Shown: positions 28,957 through 39,044 of the stretch, one piece after another
How the letters are laid out: each line of letters begins with the position of its first letter
How positions within the stretch are numbered: the first letter of the stretch is position 1
NCBI GenBank assembly: GCA_963702845.1
Contig: OY969763.1
Coordinates: 5,824,001 to 5,888,000, forward strand
Length of the DNA stretch: 64,000 nucleotides
Direction: 5' to 3'
DNA from: an uncultured Verrucomicrobiae bacterium
Lineage (GTDB): Bacteria > Verrucomicrobiota > Verrucomicrobiia > Limisphaerales > Palsa-1400
Notes under the pieces: generated by a model
Seen by the model: only the letters and a program-made list of their open reading frames with translations
Databases searched by the model: none
Told to the model about the DNA's origin: nothing
Made by a program: the position numbers and the translations under genes

Positions 28957-31900
28957 ATGGAAAAATCTACTGTAAGAATTATACGCAACCTACTGTGTGC
29001 CATGCTCCTGCTTTTTTGCGGGACGATGAATGGTCAGACGAACTGCGCTAGTCAACCATCTGGATTGGTGAATTGGTGGAAAGGTGATTCCAATGCGAAT
29101 GACAGTATCGGCACGAGCGGCGGTACGGTGACCGGAACTGTTTCGTATAGCACGGGTGAAGTGGGCAGCGCATTTGCGTTTGTGAACGGCAAGGTCAACT
29201 TCGGAACCAACACGGCAAACTTTGGCACCAATAGTTTTACGGTGGAATTTTGGCTAAAGACTACGGCGCAGGTGTCGGAGAGCTTTGAAATGGCTGTTAT
29301 GGAAAAGCGACCGGCTTGTAATGCGACTCTGTCGTTTTGGGGGATGCGAATGGGTGGGGCGGGGACCGGCGGCAAGCTGATTGTGGAAGCATCGTCGAAT
29401 GCCGCGCAGAATCAGCAGAGCATAATGGCCAACAAGCTGATCAATGACGGAGTGTGGCATCACGTGGCTTTTACGCGTTTCTTCGGAACGATGTCGTTGT
29501 ATCTGGACGGAACGCTGAACATTTCACAAACGAACCCGGCGACAGTGTATCTCAGTAACGCGGTCGGTTTTGTGGTCGGCCAAGGTGTGTGCAGTTGTTG
29601 TTCGGGAACACAGCCTTTTTCCGGGTTTATGGACGAATTGTCGATCTATAACCGCGCGCTGAGCGCTGCGGAGATTTTGTCTGTATATAATGCAGGCACT
29701 TACGGCAAATGCAGTGGTTCCGCGCCGTTCATCACGCAACAACCAACGAGCATTACGGCGCAGACAAACTCGATGGTAGGTTTCTCTGTGCTGGCGACGG
29801 GCACTTTGCCCCTTGGCTATCAGTGGAGTTTTAATTCGAGCCCGATTTCGGGAGCAACTACTTCGAGTTTGACGGTTACCAATGTTCAGGTGGCAAATGC
29901 AGGGTCGTACTCGGTTTTTATCACGAACGCGTTTGGCTCGGCCCAAAGTTCGAATGCGATTTTGACGGTGACAACGGGGAGTGGTGGTGGCGGCGGTGGT
30001 ACGTCGACAAATTGTGCTACGATTTCGGGCCTGACGCATTGGTGGCAAGCGGAAGGAAATGCCCATGACTCGGTCGGAACGAGCGCCGGTACTGCCAGCA
30101 CAGGAATATCATATACGTCAGGCAAGGTTGGTCAGAGTTTTAATTTTGATGGAACTTCCGGCGAAGTGGATATGGATACGAGCACGGGAAATTTTCGCAC
30201 GAACGATTTCACGGTCGAGTTTTGGATGCAGACGTCGTCGTCGGCAAACATGGCAGTCATCGCGAAGCGGGAAGCTTGTGACTTAGATCCCTCTGGCTGG
30301 GACATCGTTATGGGGTATGCCAACGGCGTCCAATACAATGCTGGAACAATCGGCTTTGAAGTCTTTGACCCGACCGAGGCGGATGGACCGGTTGTGCCAA
30401 ATACGACCATTAATGACGGTCTGTGGCACCACGTCGCGCTGACGCGTGCCGGCACAAGTGTGTCCATGTACCTGGACGGCACAATGAGGACAAACATCAC
30501 CATGGCGAGCCTGATCGATTTCACCAACGCCAACCCCTTTCAACTCGGTCGGAACGTTTGTGAGGGTGCCGCCGGAATTCAGCCGTATCAGGGGTTGATG
30601 GATGAAATTTCGATATACAACCGTGCGCTGAGTGCTTCGGAAATTTTGGCGATTTACAACGCTGACACCTTCGGGAAATGCGGTTCAAGCGGTGGCGGTT
30701 CCGCGCCAGTGATCACCCAGCAACCGACGAGCATCACGGCGCAGACGAACTCGATGGCGGGTTTCTCTGTGCTGGCGACGGGCACTTTGCCCCTTACCTA
30801 CCAGTGGAGTTTTAATTCCAGCACAATTTCCGGAGCAACCAATTCGAGTCTGACCATCAACCCTGTTCAATTGACGAATGCCGGGACGTACTCGGTTTTC
30901 GTTACCAACGCGTTCGGTTCGGCTCAAAGTTCCAACGCGATTTTGACAGTGACGACCGGTGGTGGTGGAACGTCAACAAACTGCGCTAGCATCCCGGGCT
31001 TGGTGAATTGGTGGCAAGCGGAGAGCAACGCCCTCGATTCGATCGGTACGAAAAATGGAACTCTTTCTTCGGGAGTGTCTTATTCGTCGGGCAAAGTCGG
31101 CCAGAGTTTTAGTTTCGGCGGAACCGGCGGGGTGACGATGGATACGAGCACGGGAAATTTTCGGACTAACGACTTCACGGTCGAGTTTTGGTTGATGACA
31201 TCGTCATCGCAAATCATGTCGATCATGTCCAAACGACAAGTGTGCAATTTAAATCCCGCCGGCTGGGACATCCTGACGGGGTATGCCAACGGTGTCACCT
31301 ACGCCGCCGGAACGATTGGCATTGAAGTTTTTGACTCCAGCGGCGCGTGGGGACCGGTCGTGCCAAATGTCACGATCAACGATGGACTGTGGCACCACTT
31401 TGCGATGACGCGCGCCGGTAAACTCGTGACCCTTTATCTCGACGGCACACAGAGGACAAACGTCACAACGTCCGGCCTGATCGATTTCACCAACGCCTAC
31501 CCATTCGAACTCGGCTTGGACGTTTGTGGAATGCAGCCTTATCAGGGCAATCTAGATGAAGTGGCGATCTTTAACCGGGCGCTGTCGTTAAGCGAAATCC
31601 AATCGATTTACAGCTCGGGTTATTTGGGCAAGTGTCCCCCTCCGCCGACTGGTCCATCGATTGTGACGCAACCGACGAATGTCGTTGTGGCGGTCGGCAG
31701 CACCTTATCGTTAGGCGTGGGAGCGACGGGGACGGCACCGCTGACGTATAACTGGATTTTCAATGCAACGAATGTCTATGTCACGGCTAGCTCGCCTTTG
31801 ATGATCACGAATGTGCAACTGACGAATGCGGGACCCTATTATGTGGTGGTCACAAATAATTATGGGTCGGCAACCAGTTCGAACGCGGTTTTGGTGGTGG

Positions 31901-33483
31901 GGAATGCGCCAGGACTCACCGCGCAACCGCAGAGCCAGACGGCGCTCCAGTTTACACCAGTGACATTTAACGCGAACGCGACCGGAACTGCGCCCTTGGC
32001 GTTTCAATGGCTGCGCAATGGTTTGAACATCGCACAGGCGACGAATACCAGCTTCACGATTTCAAGCGTGCAAACGACCGATGCGGCCAGCTATCGCGTG
32101 GTGGTCAGCAACCTTTTCGGAACATTCACCTCGTCGAATGCGGTATTGTCGGTGTTTACGCCGAACGTGCGTTTGGAAAATGCCGCGCTGACGGTTGGGC
32201 CGGTGACGGTTCCGTTGAGGATGGTTGCGGGTGGCAGCGAGAATTCGGTCAGTGTGAGTGTGAACTGGCCCTCGAATAATTTGGTCTATGCGTCGACAAC
32301 ATTGGGCTCCAACGCGGCGGGAGCGTTGATGACCGTGAATACGAATCAAATTCCGTCAGGTCGGCTTGGCGTGGCGGTGTTCTTCACGGATTCGAGTAAT
32401 TTTGGAATCGGTACGCAAGAACTGGCGCGCATTACATTCCGCGCAGGCATTGTCACCAATGCGTTGACGAATGCGTTGACGTTTGGCGATGTGCCGGTGA
32501 TCCGTCAGGTGGTCGACACGAATTTCAATACATTGGTAATACGGTATTCAAACTCGGTGGTGACAATGCCGGTGACGGATTATGAAGGGGACGTGTCGCC
32601 GCGGACCAATGGCAATCACACCATGGGTATCGCCGACTGGACGCAAGCCGGCCGGTTTGTGGCGGGGTTGGATGTGGTGAGCAATACGCTGGAATTTTTG
32701 CGGGCCGATTGCGCGCCGCGCACCAATGGTGGCGATGGACGGCTGTCGATCGCAGACTGGGTACAGGCGGGACGATATGCGTTTGGGTTTGATGGGATCG
32801 CGGCAATCGGTGGGCCGACCAATTTCACGGTGGCGCAAACGCCGAAGTTGCCGACGCGGCCGGTGTCGTTGGTGCTTGTGTCGCAGAACGGATTGACGAA
32901 CGTGGTTGCGGTTCATTTGAACGCGCAGGGGGATGAGAATGCACTTGGGTTCAGCTTGAGTTTTGATCCGACGCAATTGGGTTATGTCAGCACGACTCTG
33001 GGGAGCGGCGCGAGCGGCTCGGTGATAAACGTGAACAGCAGCCAGGCGGCGAGTGGACATGTCGGCGTGGCGCTGGCGTTGACGACGGGCAATAATTTTG
33101 CGGCGGGCGATATTGAAGTTGCCCGAGTGACGTTTGTGTCGAGCGGATTCGGGTCGTACACGGCCGGGGTCGGTTTCGGAGATCAGCCGATTTTGCGCGA
33201 GATTGCAGACGCGAATGCGACAACGGAAAGCGCGAGTTATGGTGGTGGCAACTTCACCGCCACGGGTCAACCGCTGCCGCAACTGACGGCGATGTTGAAT
33301 AACAACACGAATATTGTCTTGTCGTGGCTTGCGCCGTCGAGCGGGTTCAATTTGGAATCTGTGACGCCGATTGGGACGAACTGGACACCGGTTGTTTACA
33401 CGCCGGCGACGAACGGAGGGAACATCGTTGTGACGCAGGCGATTTCGGTGGATCAGGTGTTTTATCGGTTACGGCATCCGTAG
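28957..33483 (+). CDS. Large secreted protein: 3 LamG, 4 Ig-like, cohesin-dockerin-cohesin
   Basis: FTVEFW/DGxWHHVA/DExSIYNRALS three times; ITQQP...YQW...GxYxV Ig repeats; GDVSP..ADW and ADCAP..ADW duplicated loops. Confidence 0.9.
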   Translation: MEKSTVRIIRNLLCAMLLLFCGTMNGQTNCASQPSGLVNWWKGDSNANDSIGTSGGTVTGTVSYSTGEVGSAFAFVNGKVNFGTNTANFGTNSFTVEFWLKTTAQVSESFEMAVMEKRPACNATLSFWGMRMGGAGTGGKLIVEASSNAAQNQQSIMANKLINDGVWHHVAFTRFFGTMSLYLDGTLNISQTNPATVYLSNAVGFVVGQGVCSCCSGTQPFSGFMDELSIYNRALSAAEILSVYNAGTYGKCSGSAPFITQQPTSITAQTNSMVGFSVLATGTLPLGYQWSFNSSPISGATTSSLTVTNVQVANAGSYSVFITNAFGSAQSSNAILTVTTGSGGGGGGTSTNCATISGLTHWWQAEGNAHDSVGTSAGTASTGISYTSGKVGQSFNFDGTSGEVDMDTSTGNFRTNDFTVEFWMQTSSSANMAVIAKREACDLDPSGWDIVMGYANGVQYNAGTIGFEVFDPTEADGPVVPNTTINDGLWHHVALTRAGTSVSMYLDGTMRTNITMASLIDFTNANPFQLGRNVCEGAAGIQPYQGLMDEISIYNRALSASEILAIYNADTFGKCGSSGGGSAPVITQQPTSITAQTNSMAGFSVLATGTLPLTYQWSFNSSTISGATNSSLTINPVQLTNAGTYSVFVTNAFGSAQSSNAILTVTTGGGGTSTNCASIPGLVNWWQAESNALDSIGTKNGTLSSGVSYSSGKVGQSFSFGGTGGVTMDTSTGNFRTNDFTVEFWLMTSSSQIMSIMSKRQVCNLNPAGWDILTGYANGVTYAAGTIGIEVFDSSGAWGPVVPNVTINDGLWHHFAMTRAGKLVTLYLDGTQRTNVTTSGLIDFTNAYPFELGLDVCGMQPYQGNLDEVAIFNRALSLSEIQSIYSSGYLGKCPPPPTGPSIVTQPTNVVVAVGSTLSLGVGATGTAPLTYNWIFNATNVYVTASSPLMITNVQLTNAGPYYVVVTNNYGSATSSNAVLVVGNAPGLTAQPQSQTALQFTPVTFNANATGTAPLAFQWLRNGLNIAQATNTSFTISSVQTTDAASYRVVVSNLFGTFTSSNAVLSVFTPNVRLENAALTVGPVTVPLRMVAGGSENSVSVSVNWPSNNLVYASTTLGSNAAGALMTVNTNQIPSGRLGVAVFFTDSSNFGIGTQELARITFRAGIVTNALTNALTFGDVPVIRQVVDTNFNTLVIRYSNSVVTMPVTDYEGDVSPRTNGNHTMGIADWTQAGRFVAGLDVVSNTLEFLRADCAPRTNGGDGRLSIADWVQAGRYAFGFDGIAAIGGPTNFTVAQTPKLPTRPVSLVLVSQNGLTNVVAVHLNAQGDENALGFSLSFDPTQLGYVSTTLGSGASGSVINVNSSQAASGHVGVALALTTGNNFAAGDIEVARVTFVSSGFGSYTAGVGFGDQPILREIADANATTESASYGGGNFTATGQPLPQLTAMLNNNTNIVLSWLAPSSGFNLESVTPIGTNWTPVVYTPATNGGNIVVTQAISVDQVFYRLRHP

Positions 33484-33550
33484 GCGGCCAGCAAAGATCA
33501 CTACAGAAGGAAACGAAGGTAACAAAGGATGACGCGGTGACGCCGGCCGG

Positions 33551-34294
33551 TTATGGGAAGATCAGCCGGAATGAATTGCTTTTGTTGATGTAACCGGCGG
33601 GAATGTTGCCGGCGTCGAGAGCGTTGCATTGGTAGTCGGTCATGAAACGAGCGCTGCTGCATAGTTGGACGCTGCCGTCGCCCATCAGAATGTTCCCTGC
33701 TCCGACCGAGTTGTCTGCCGAGTGCATTTTCAGGGACCAGCAAACGGGTGAGTTGGTTTGGAGGATTACGTCGTTGCCGCTGCCGTCGTCCGGCGAAAAG
33801 CCGTAGTCATGTTGTGGCTTCGAACCGGGAGTGAGGTTTCGATCACCACCTAGAATTGATAGCGGAAAATTATCGTTCGCATCTGGGTTCATGAAATACG
33901 AGATGTTTTTGTTGCCGAAGTCGTTGAAATCCTTCGCGCGAAAGCGGTCGTCTGCCGGACAGTTTAGTATCTTCGTTGTTTGGCCTAATTCGTTTTGCAT
34001 GATGGAGTAGTTGCTCCAGCAGTAGGGCCCCGCATTGGTCATGTTCGCGAAATCAGCCCATCCAGCATTTGTGGCCGTTCTTAACGTTTGAGCGGGATAT
34101 TTGTCGCCGTTGTCGCCTGCCCAAATTCGATAGGCGATCCCTATTTGTTTTTGATTGTTGACGCATTGAATACGTTGCGCCTTTGGCTTCGCACTGGTGA
34201 AACTGCACGGAATCATTGCTGCCAAGATGAACAGAATGCAAATGACGACGAGGAGTTCGATTAGAGTGAATCCTTGTTTAGTTTTTGATTTCAT
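33551..34294 (-). CDS. Prepilin-type N-terminal cleavage/methylation protein with an H-X9-DG-like motif
   Basis: GFTLIELLVV, CVNNQKQIG, MH...GNILMGDGSV. Confidence 0.9.
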   Translation of the reverse strand: MKSKTKQGFTLIELLVVICILFILAAMIPCSFTSAKPKAQRIQCVNNQKQIGIAYRIWAGDNGDKYPAQTLRTATNAGWADFANMTNAGPYCWSNYSIMQNELGQTTKILNCPADDRFRAKDFNDFGNKNISYFMNPDANDNFPLSILGGDRNLTPGSKPQHDYGFSPDDGSGNDVILQTNSPVCWSLKMHSADNSVGAGNILMGDGSVQLCSSARFMTDYQCNALDAGNIPAGYINKSNSFRLIFP

Positions 34295-34617
34295 ATGTCG
34301 TGTCGTGTTCTACGGAACTTGTTTTTGATCAGGAGATACTTCGCAAGCGAAACAAGGCCAGAGAATTTGTAATTTGGATCGACGTAATTTGTGATGACGT
34401 AAAAGGCGAAGTAGTAGAAACGGCAGAAGGACCAGACCGCGATGCTGAAGAGCAGAGTGAATCGCAGATTGGCATGATCTGCAATCAGCATCGCGGTTGA
34501 AAATGTCGCGAGGAACAGAAACAGGATTCCTTTGGCTTTGATCCAGTTGGGGTGGGTGAGGTTTTTCATTTTGTAGGTTCTGTTTGTTGGATCCATGGGC
34601 CTCCTCTCGTCGTTCAT
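34291..34617 (-). CDS. Small hypothetical membrane protein
   Basis: WIKAKGILFL...RFYYFAFYVI hydrophobic segments; start uncertain. Confidence 0.7.
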   Translation of the reverse strand: MNDERRPMDPTNRTYKMKNLTHPNWIKAKGILFLFLATFSTAMLIADHANLRFTLLFSIAVWSFCRFYYFAFYVITNYVDPNYKFSGLVSLAKYLLIKNKFRRTRHDI

Positions 34618-34709
34618 AACAATAATGACGGCAGGATGAGTGCGGTGAGGATGGTGATGATTCCAATCACGATAAGAGTTTCAACCAACGTGAAGGCGTT
34701 TTGTTTCAT
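34614..34709 (-). CDS. 31-aa prepilin-leader-only ORF, or a gene remnant
   Basis: MKQNAFTLVETLIVIGIITILTALILPSLLL*; purine-rich agagg upstream; ATGA overlap with next gene. Confidence 0.55.
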   Translation of the reverse strand: MKQNAFTLVETLIVIGIITILTALILPSLLL

Positions 34710-35216
34710 GCGAACCTCTCTGTCAATCAGTCAGCATAACGGTTGCCGTGTGGTCGCACGCAGGGAGCAATTGGCGAGGGCGTAGAATTGTGGCCGGTTT
34801 TCACGCATGGCTGCGCGGAGAGCGCGCAAATTGAGATCAATTTCAATCCGACGTGATTTCGAACAGGCAATTGGTCAGGTGAAATTTGAGTCTTTTTCAA
34901 CGATCCTACAAAAAATGTAAAAGAGGGGAGTTCGATCGTTCGCGGAATAGGATTAGGGATCGTAGACGAGCGGTCAGGTGTGAACAACTTGTGAATAAGT
35001 AAAAACGATTTTCGTTGTTTGCGTGCGGGGCAGGTTGGATAGTTGACATACTGGAAGAATACGCAGGTGTGTCGGCGCGTGGCTTTTCTTCCAAGGGTTC
35101 CGCTAAACATTGGGTCCACAGTGAAAGCAATTGACGGTCAATCGCAGCATGCGCAAGCGGTGCCGAATGCGCATGGAAATGGTTCTTCTCATAAGTTCGA
35201 CTCCTCACCTGTACCG

Positions 35217-37169
35217 ATGAAGTTACGGTTGGCCGCCCTCGTTTTTCTCGCGGCGATCGTTTTTTTGGGGTTGAGCGCGATCGTGCTCTATCAGTTGACG
35301 TCGATGCGGATAGCGGCACAAAACGGGGTTTCGCACCAACTGCAGGTGGTTATGGAGTTGGATGGTTTTTTGTCGTCTGTAAACGAAGCGGAGAGCGCCG
35401 AGCGAGGCTATCTACTCACAGAGCACACGTCGTATTTGGACATTTACGCAAGCCAGAGCGCGGAAGTGCGGACGAAGCTGACACGGCTGAATAGCCTTGT
35501 TAACACGACAGACCTGCCTCGGGACATGATACATAAGCTGTCGGAACTGACGGAGCGGCGATTATCGGAGATGAATGGTACGATTTCGATGAGGAGCAAG
35601 ATCGGATTGCAAAGCGCGTTAGATGCCATCCACGCCAATGAAGAACGAGCTCTGATGCTGCTGATTGAAGCTCAAACGGCCGATATCCGCTCGGTCGAAG
35701 AACGGGAACTCAAGGCCGCGAGCGACTGGGCTGAGTGGGTCGGTAATGCCCGCACGCAGACGCTTGTCGCCGGTTGTGTGCTGAACCTTATTTTTTTGTG
35801 GTGGGGTTATCGGAAAATCTGCAGTGAAACCCACAAGCAACATCGTGCGATGATGGATATGGCGTCTCTGCAAAGAGTAGGCGTTCAATGCGCTCGTGCG
35901 GGCGATGATTTTCAGGAATGCGTGGAACAGATTCTAGCAGCGGCCGTCGCTTTGACGGATGCTGACAGGGGAACGGTGCAGTTGCTCGGGCAGTCAGGAG
36001 CAATCCGACTCGCTGCACATCGCGGCTTCGATGCGCAGAGTCTAAATGGTCTCGCCTGCATTGATGCGAATAGTGGTTGCGCCTTTGCGCACGCAGTGCG
36101 AATTGGCGAAAGGGTATCGGTAAGGGACCTCAGGCAATGCGAAGATATTCATCGGTTCCACTCCATCAGGAACGCGGGCGTGCGCGCGATGCAATGCACG
36201 CCGTTGGTCAGCAGTTCGGGCAAGGTTCTTGGGCTTGTATCAACCCATTACGTGAAGGCGTATTCGTGCAGCGAAAGCCAATTGCGGTTGATGGATTTGC
36301 TCGCGCGGCAGGCGGCGGATTATATCGAGCGTAAACGAGTGGAAGCACAGTTGCAAAACGCGCACGAACAACTGGCGGATCGTGCGGTTCACCTGGAAGA
36401 ATTGGTCAACGAACGAACGGCGCGACTGAAGGAGATGCTCGGGGACCTAGAAGCTCTTTCCTACAGCATCGTGCATGACATGCGGGCTCCGTTGCGGGCG
36501 ATGCAAGGTTTTGCGGAATTGCTGGCGGGGGAATGCGCGCCAATTGGGCCCGCGGCTGAAAATTATGTAGAGCGGATCAAAATTGCAGCCACCCGGATGG
36601 ATCACCTGATTCGGGACGGACTCAACTACAATCGCATGATGCGGGCTGAATTGCCGCTTACGACAATTGATCTCGGCCGATTTTTGCGTGGGATCGTCGA
36701 AACTTATCCGGAATTTCAAACGCGCGATGTTGAAATCGAACTCAGCGGCAACTTTCCCTCGGTCCACGCAAATGAAGCGGCATTGACGCAGTGCATCTCG
36801 AGCTTGATTTCAAACGGTATCAAGTTCGTTGCTCCTGGGGTAATTGCGGTGGTGCGGGTTTGGTCTGAAACGCGCGATTCACGGGTTCGCTTGTATTTCA
36901 AAGACAATGGCATCGGGATACGGAAGGAGGCGCACGCGAAAATTTTTGAAATTTTCCAGCGATTGGATCAGAAACACGAAGGTACCGGCATTGGCCTGGC
37001 GATCGTCAAGAAAGCGGTCGAACGGATGAACGGTACAGTTGGGCTTGAATCAGAGCCAGAGAAAGGGAGCACCTTCTGGGTTGAATTCGACGCTGCTGAA
37101 GCCGTCAAACAACCACGTGCAGTAAGTGCATCGGGGTATCGCTCCTACAACTTTTATGAGCCGGCTTAA
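35217..37169 (+). CDS. Sensor histidine kinase (CHASE3-GAF-HisKA-HATPase)
   Basis: AESAERGYLLT, GAF, HDMRAPLR, DNGIGI, GTGIGLAI. Confidence 0.92.
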   Translation: MKLRLAALVFLAAIVFLGLSAIVLYQLTSMRIAAQNGVSHQLQVVMELDGFLSSVNEAESAERGYLLTEHTSYLDIYASQSAEVRTKLTRLNSLVNTTDLPRDMIHKLSELTERRLSEMNGTISMRSKIGLQSALDAIHANEERALMLLIEAQTADIRSVEERELKAASDWAEWVGNARTQTLVAGCVLNLIFLWWGYRKICSETHKQHRAMMDMASLQRVGVQCARAGDDFQECVEQILAAAVALTDADRGTVQLLGQSGAIRLAAHRGFDAQSLNGLACIDANSGCAFAHAVRIGERVSVRDLRQCEDIHRFHSIRNAGVRAMQCTPLVSSSGKVLGLVSTHYVKAYSCSESQLRLMDLLARQAADYIERKRVEAQLQNAHEQLADRAVHLEELVNERTARLKEMLGDLEALSYSIVHDMRAPLRAMQGFAELLAGECAPIGPAAENYVERIKIAATRMDHLIRDGLNYNRMMRAELPLTTIDLGRFLRGIVETYPEFQTRDVEIELSGNFPSVHANEAALTQCISSLISNGIKFVAPGVIAVVRVWSETRDSRVRLYFKDNGIGIRKEAHAKIFEIFQRLDQKHEGTGIGLAIVKKAVERMNGTVGLESEPEKGSTFWVEFDAAEAVKQPRAVSASGYRSYNFYEPA

Positions 37170-37662
37170 CCCATATATTCTCTACGCTGAAGATGAAGAC
37201 ACGGACGCAATTCTTTTTGAACGCGCGTTTCGCAATGCAGGGATCGCTCATCGGCTGGTTCGTGTAACTGACGGTCAGGCGGCAATCGACCATCTGACTC
37301 GCGCGACGGCGCAGACCGAGATCGTGCCGCACGCGTTACCCAGCGCGACGTTGCTGGACATCCATATGCCGGACGTTTCGGGAATAGAGGTGTTGCAATG
37401 GATCCGCAACACCGCCGCCGTTCGGTCGCTTGTGACGATCATGCTGAGTTCATCAGAACATCCGCTCGACTTTCGGCGTGCTTATGCGCTCGGGGCCAAT
37501 GGATATCTGGTGAAGCCCGCAAGCTTGGAAGAATGTCTTGTGATGGCGCGGACGTTGAAGGACTGGCTGGCACAGTACGCGGTGGGGACACATTTGGCAC
37601 CCACATTTCCTGCGGCCCACAGCGCGGCGGGATTGGCATCCGACCAGCGGACTACTTTGTAA
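37156..37662 (+). CDS. Single-domain response regulator
   Basis: LYAEDE, LLDIHMP, GANGYLVKP. Confidence 0.92.
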   Translation: MSRLNPYILYAEDEDTDAILFERAFRNAGIAHRLVRVTDGQAAIDHLTRATAQTEIVPHALPSATLLDIHMPDVSGIEVLQWIRNTAAVRSLVTIMLSSSEHPLDFRRAYALGANGYLVKPASLEECLVMARTLKDWLAQYAVGTHLAPTFPAAHSAAGLASDQRTTL

Positions 37663-37693
37663 TGCCGGGGCTCGTGCGGTTGGGCGGAAGACT

Positions 37694-38725
37694 TCAGTGG
37701 TTTGAAAGTACCCATGTTACACCCGCCTGAAGGCGGTCGAGGGTGTGGTCGCTATGGTGGCCGGGAGGTTCGCGGAAGGTGGAGCGAACGGGGCGGTCTT
37801 TGATGGCTTCGTAGATCGCGCGGGCACCGATGTTCGCTCTGTATTCATCCTGGGCGGCGCCTTCGAGGAACACGGATTGGCTCGGAAGGAAGGCGTTTTT
37901 GTTGCGTTGAACAATGACGAGCGGATCGGCGTCGAGACAGCGCTGCCAGACTTCCGGGCGGAATTTGTGATGGGCGTCGTATAGCCATTGGAATTGGCCA
38001 GGGTGATCGGAACCCACGGGCGCGTAAGCGGCGCACAGGGCGAGAGCGTAAACGAAGTCACCGCCTTTGGGCAGCGGCTTGAAATTGCCAGCGATCATAA
38101 GTTCGCGAACTTCGGCCAAAGGCGCGTTGCTGACGGAGGCGACTTGGACGAGCGGAAGGTGGCTGACCTGGAAATAGGAATCAGGACTCAGCGCGATGAC
38201 GGCGTCGAAGAGGTGCGGCTTATACATGCCGAGCCGTAACGCGCCGAAGCCACCGCTTGAATGACCGGCGACAATGCGGCGAATGCCGTTGGCCGGGATT
38301 GGATAGCAGGCTTCGACATGTTCGACGATTTCATTGCAGATATAGTCGGCGTAGTTGCCTTGGGCGCTGGAATTGACGTATTGACTGCAACCCCAATGGT
38401 TGTGGCCATCGATGACAACGACGCGCATGGGTTGAACTTCTTTGGCCAATTTGTCGGTGAAGGTCTGCCAAACAATTTTGCTTTTGAGGAACTTTTCGGC
38501 GGAGCTCCCGAAACCGGGCAGGTAGTAAATGATCGGCGCAGGCGCGTTGCTGGCGAGTTGGCTTGGAAGACAAATCAATGTCCGGCGCTGAGCCGAATCG
38601 TGGAGTGGGTTGGATGCCAGGTTTGTGCTGGTGAACTCGATGACGTCGGTCGTTGCCTCAGTGCGGCCCTGCGGTGCGACGGTCAAATAGATATAGGCGA
38701 ACAGGGCGACGAGAAGGCGATTCAT
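37694..38725 (-). CDS. Exported alpha/beta-hydrolase (esterase family)
   Basis: YYLPGF, GHSSGGFGA nucleophile elbow, PGHH. Confidence 0.85.
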   Translation of the reverse strand: MNRLLVALFAYIYLTVAPQGRTEATTDVIEFTSTNLASNPLHDSAQRRTLICLPSQLASNAPAPIIYYLPGFGSSAEKFLKSKIVWQTFTDKLAKEVQPMRVVVIDGHNHWGCSQYVNSSAQGNYADYICNEIVEHVEACYPIPANGIRRIVAGHSSGGFGALRLGMYKPHLFDAVIALSPDSYFQVSHLPLVQVASVSNAPLAEVRELMIAGNFKPLPKGGDFVYALALCAAYAPVGSDHPGQFQWLYDAHHKFRPEVWQRCLDADPLVIVQRNKNAFLPSQSVFLEGAAQDEYRANIGARAIYEAIKDRPVRSTFREPPGHHSDHTLDRLQAGVTWVLSNH

Positions 38726-38889
38726 GACGGCTTTCGTTTAGATGGTTCGGGCGCGAGTGTCAATTTTAGTCAACATGACGATGTTTTGCCCCTAAGACCC
38801 CCTTTGTTGTGCTCCCCGCAAGAAATAGCTAGCAAATACCAAGGCCCGTGTAGTTGCGAAATGGGCATCTGCCTAGGTTTAGCGAGAAT

Positions 38890-39043
38890 GAAAATCAGGC
38901 CGGCGCTCAACCGTAGTCACGTGCTCATGGAACACCGGTTAAAGCACGTGGTCTTTGGCAGCACGGCTGAACACGTTGTTCGACATGCCACCTGTCCCGT
39001 GTTGACGGTTCGAAAACATCAAAATCAATTCATTGGAGATTAA
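38890..39043 (+). pseudogene. C-terminal fragment of a universal stress protein
   Basis: LKHVVFGSTAEHVVRHATCPVLTVR; no USP N-terminal half recognisable upstream. Confidence 0.65.
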
Positions 39044-39044
39044 T

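Noticed and set aside
34710..35200. Riboswitch or ncRNA in the long intergenic region
   Set aside because: No convincing conserved motif by eye; an Infernal/Rfam scan would be needed.
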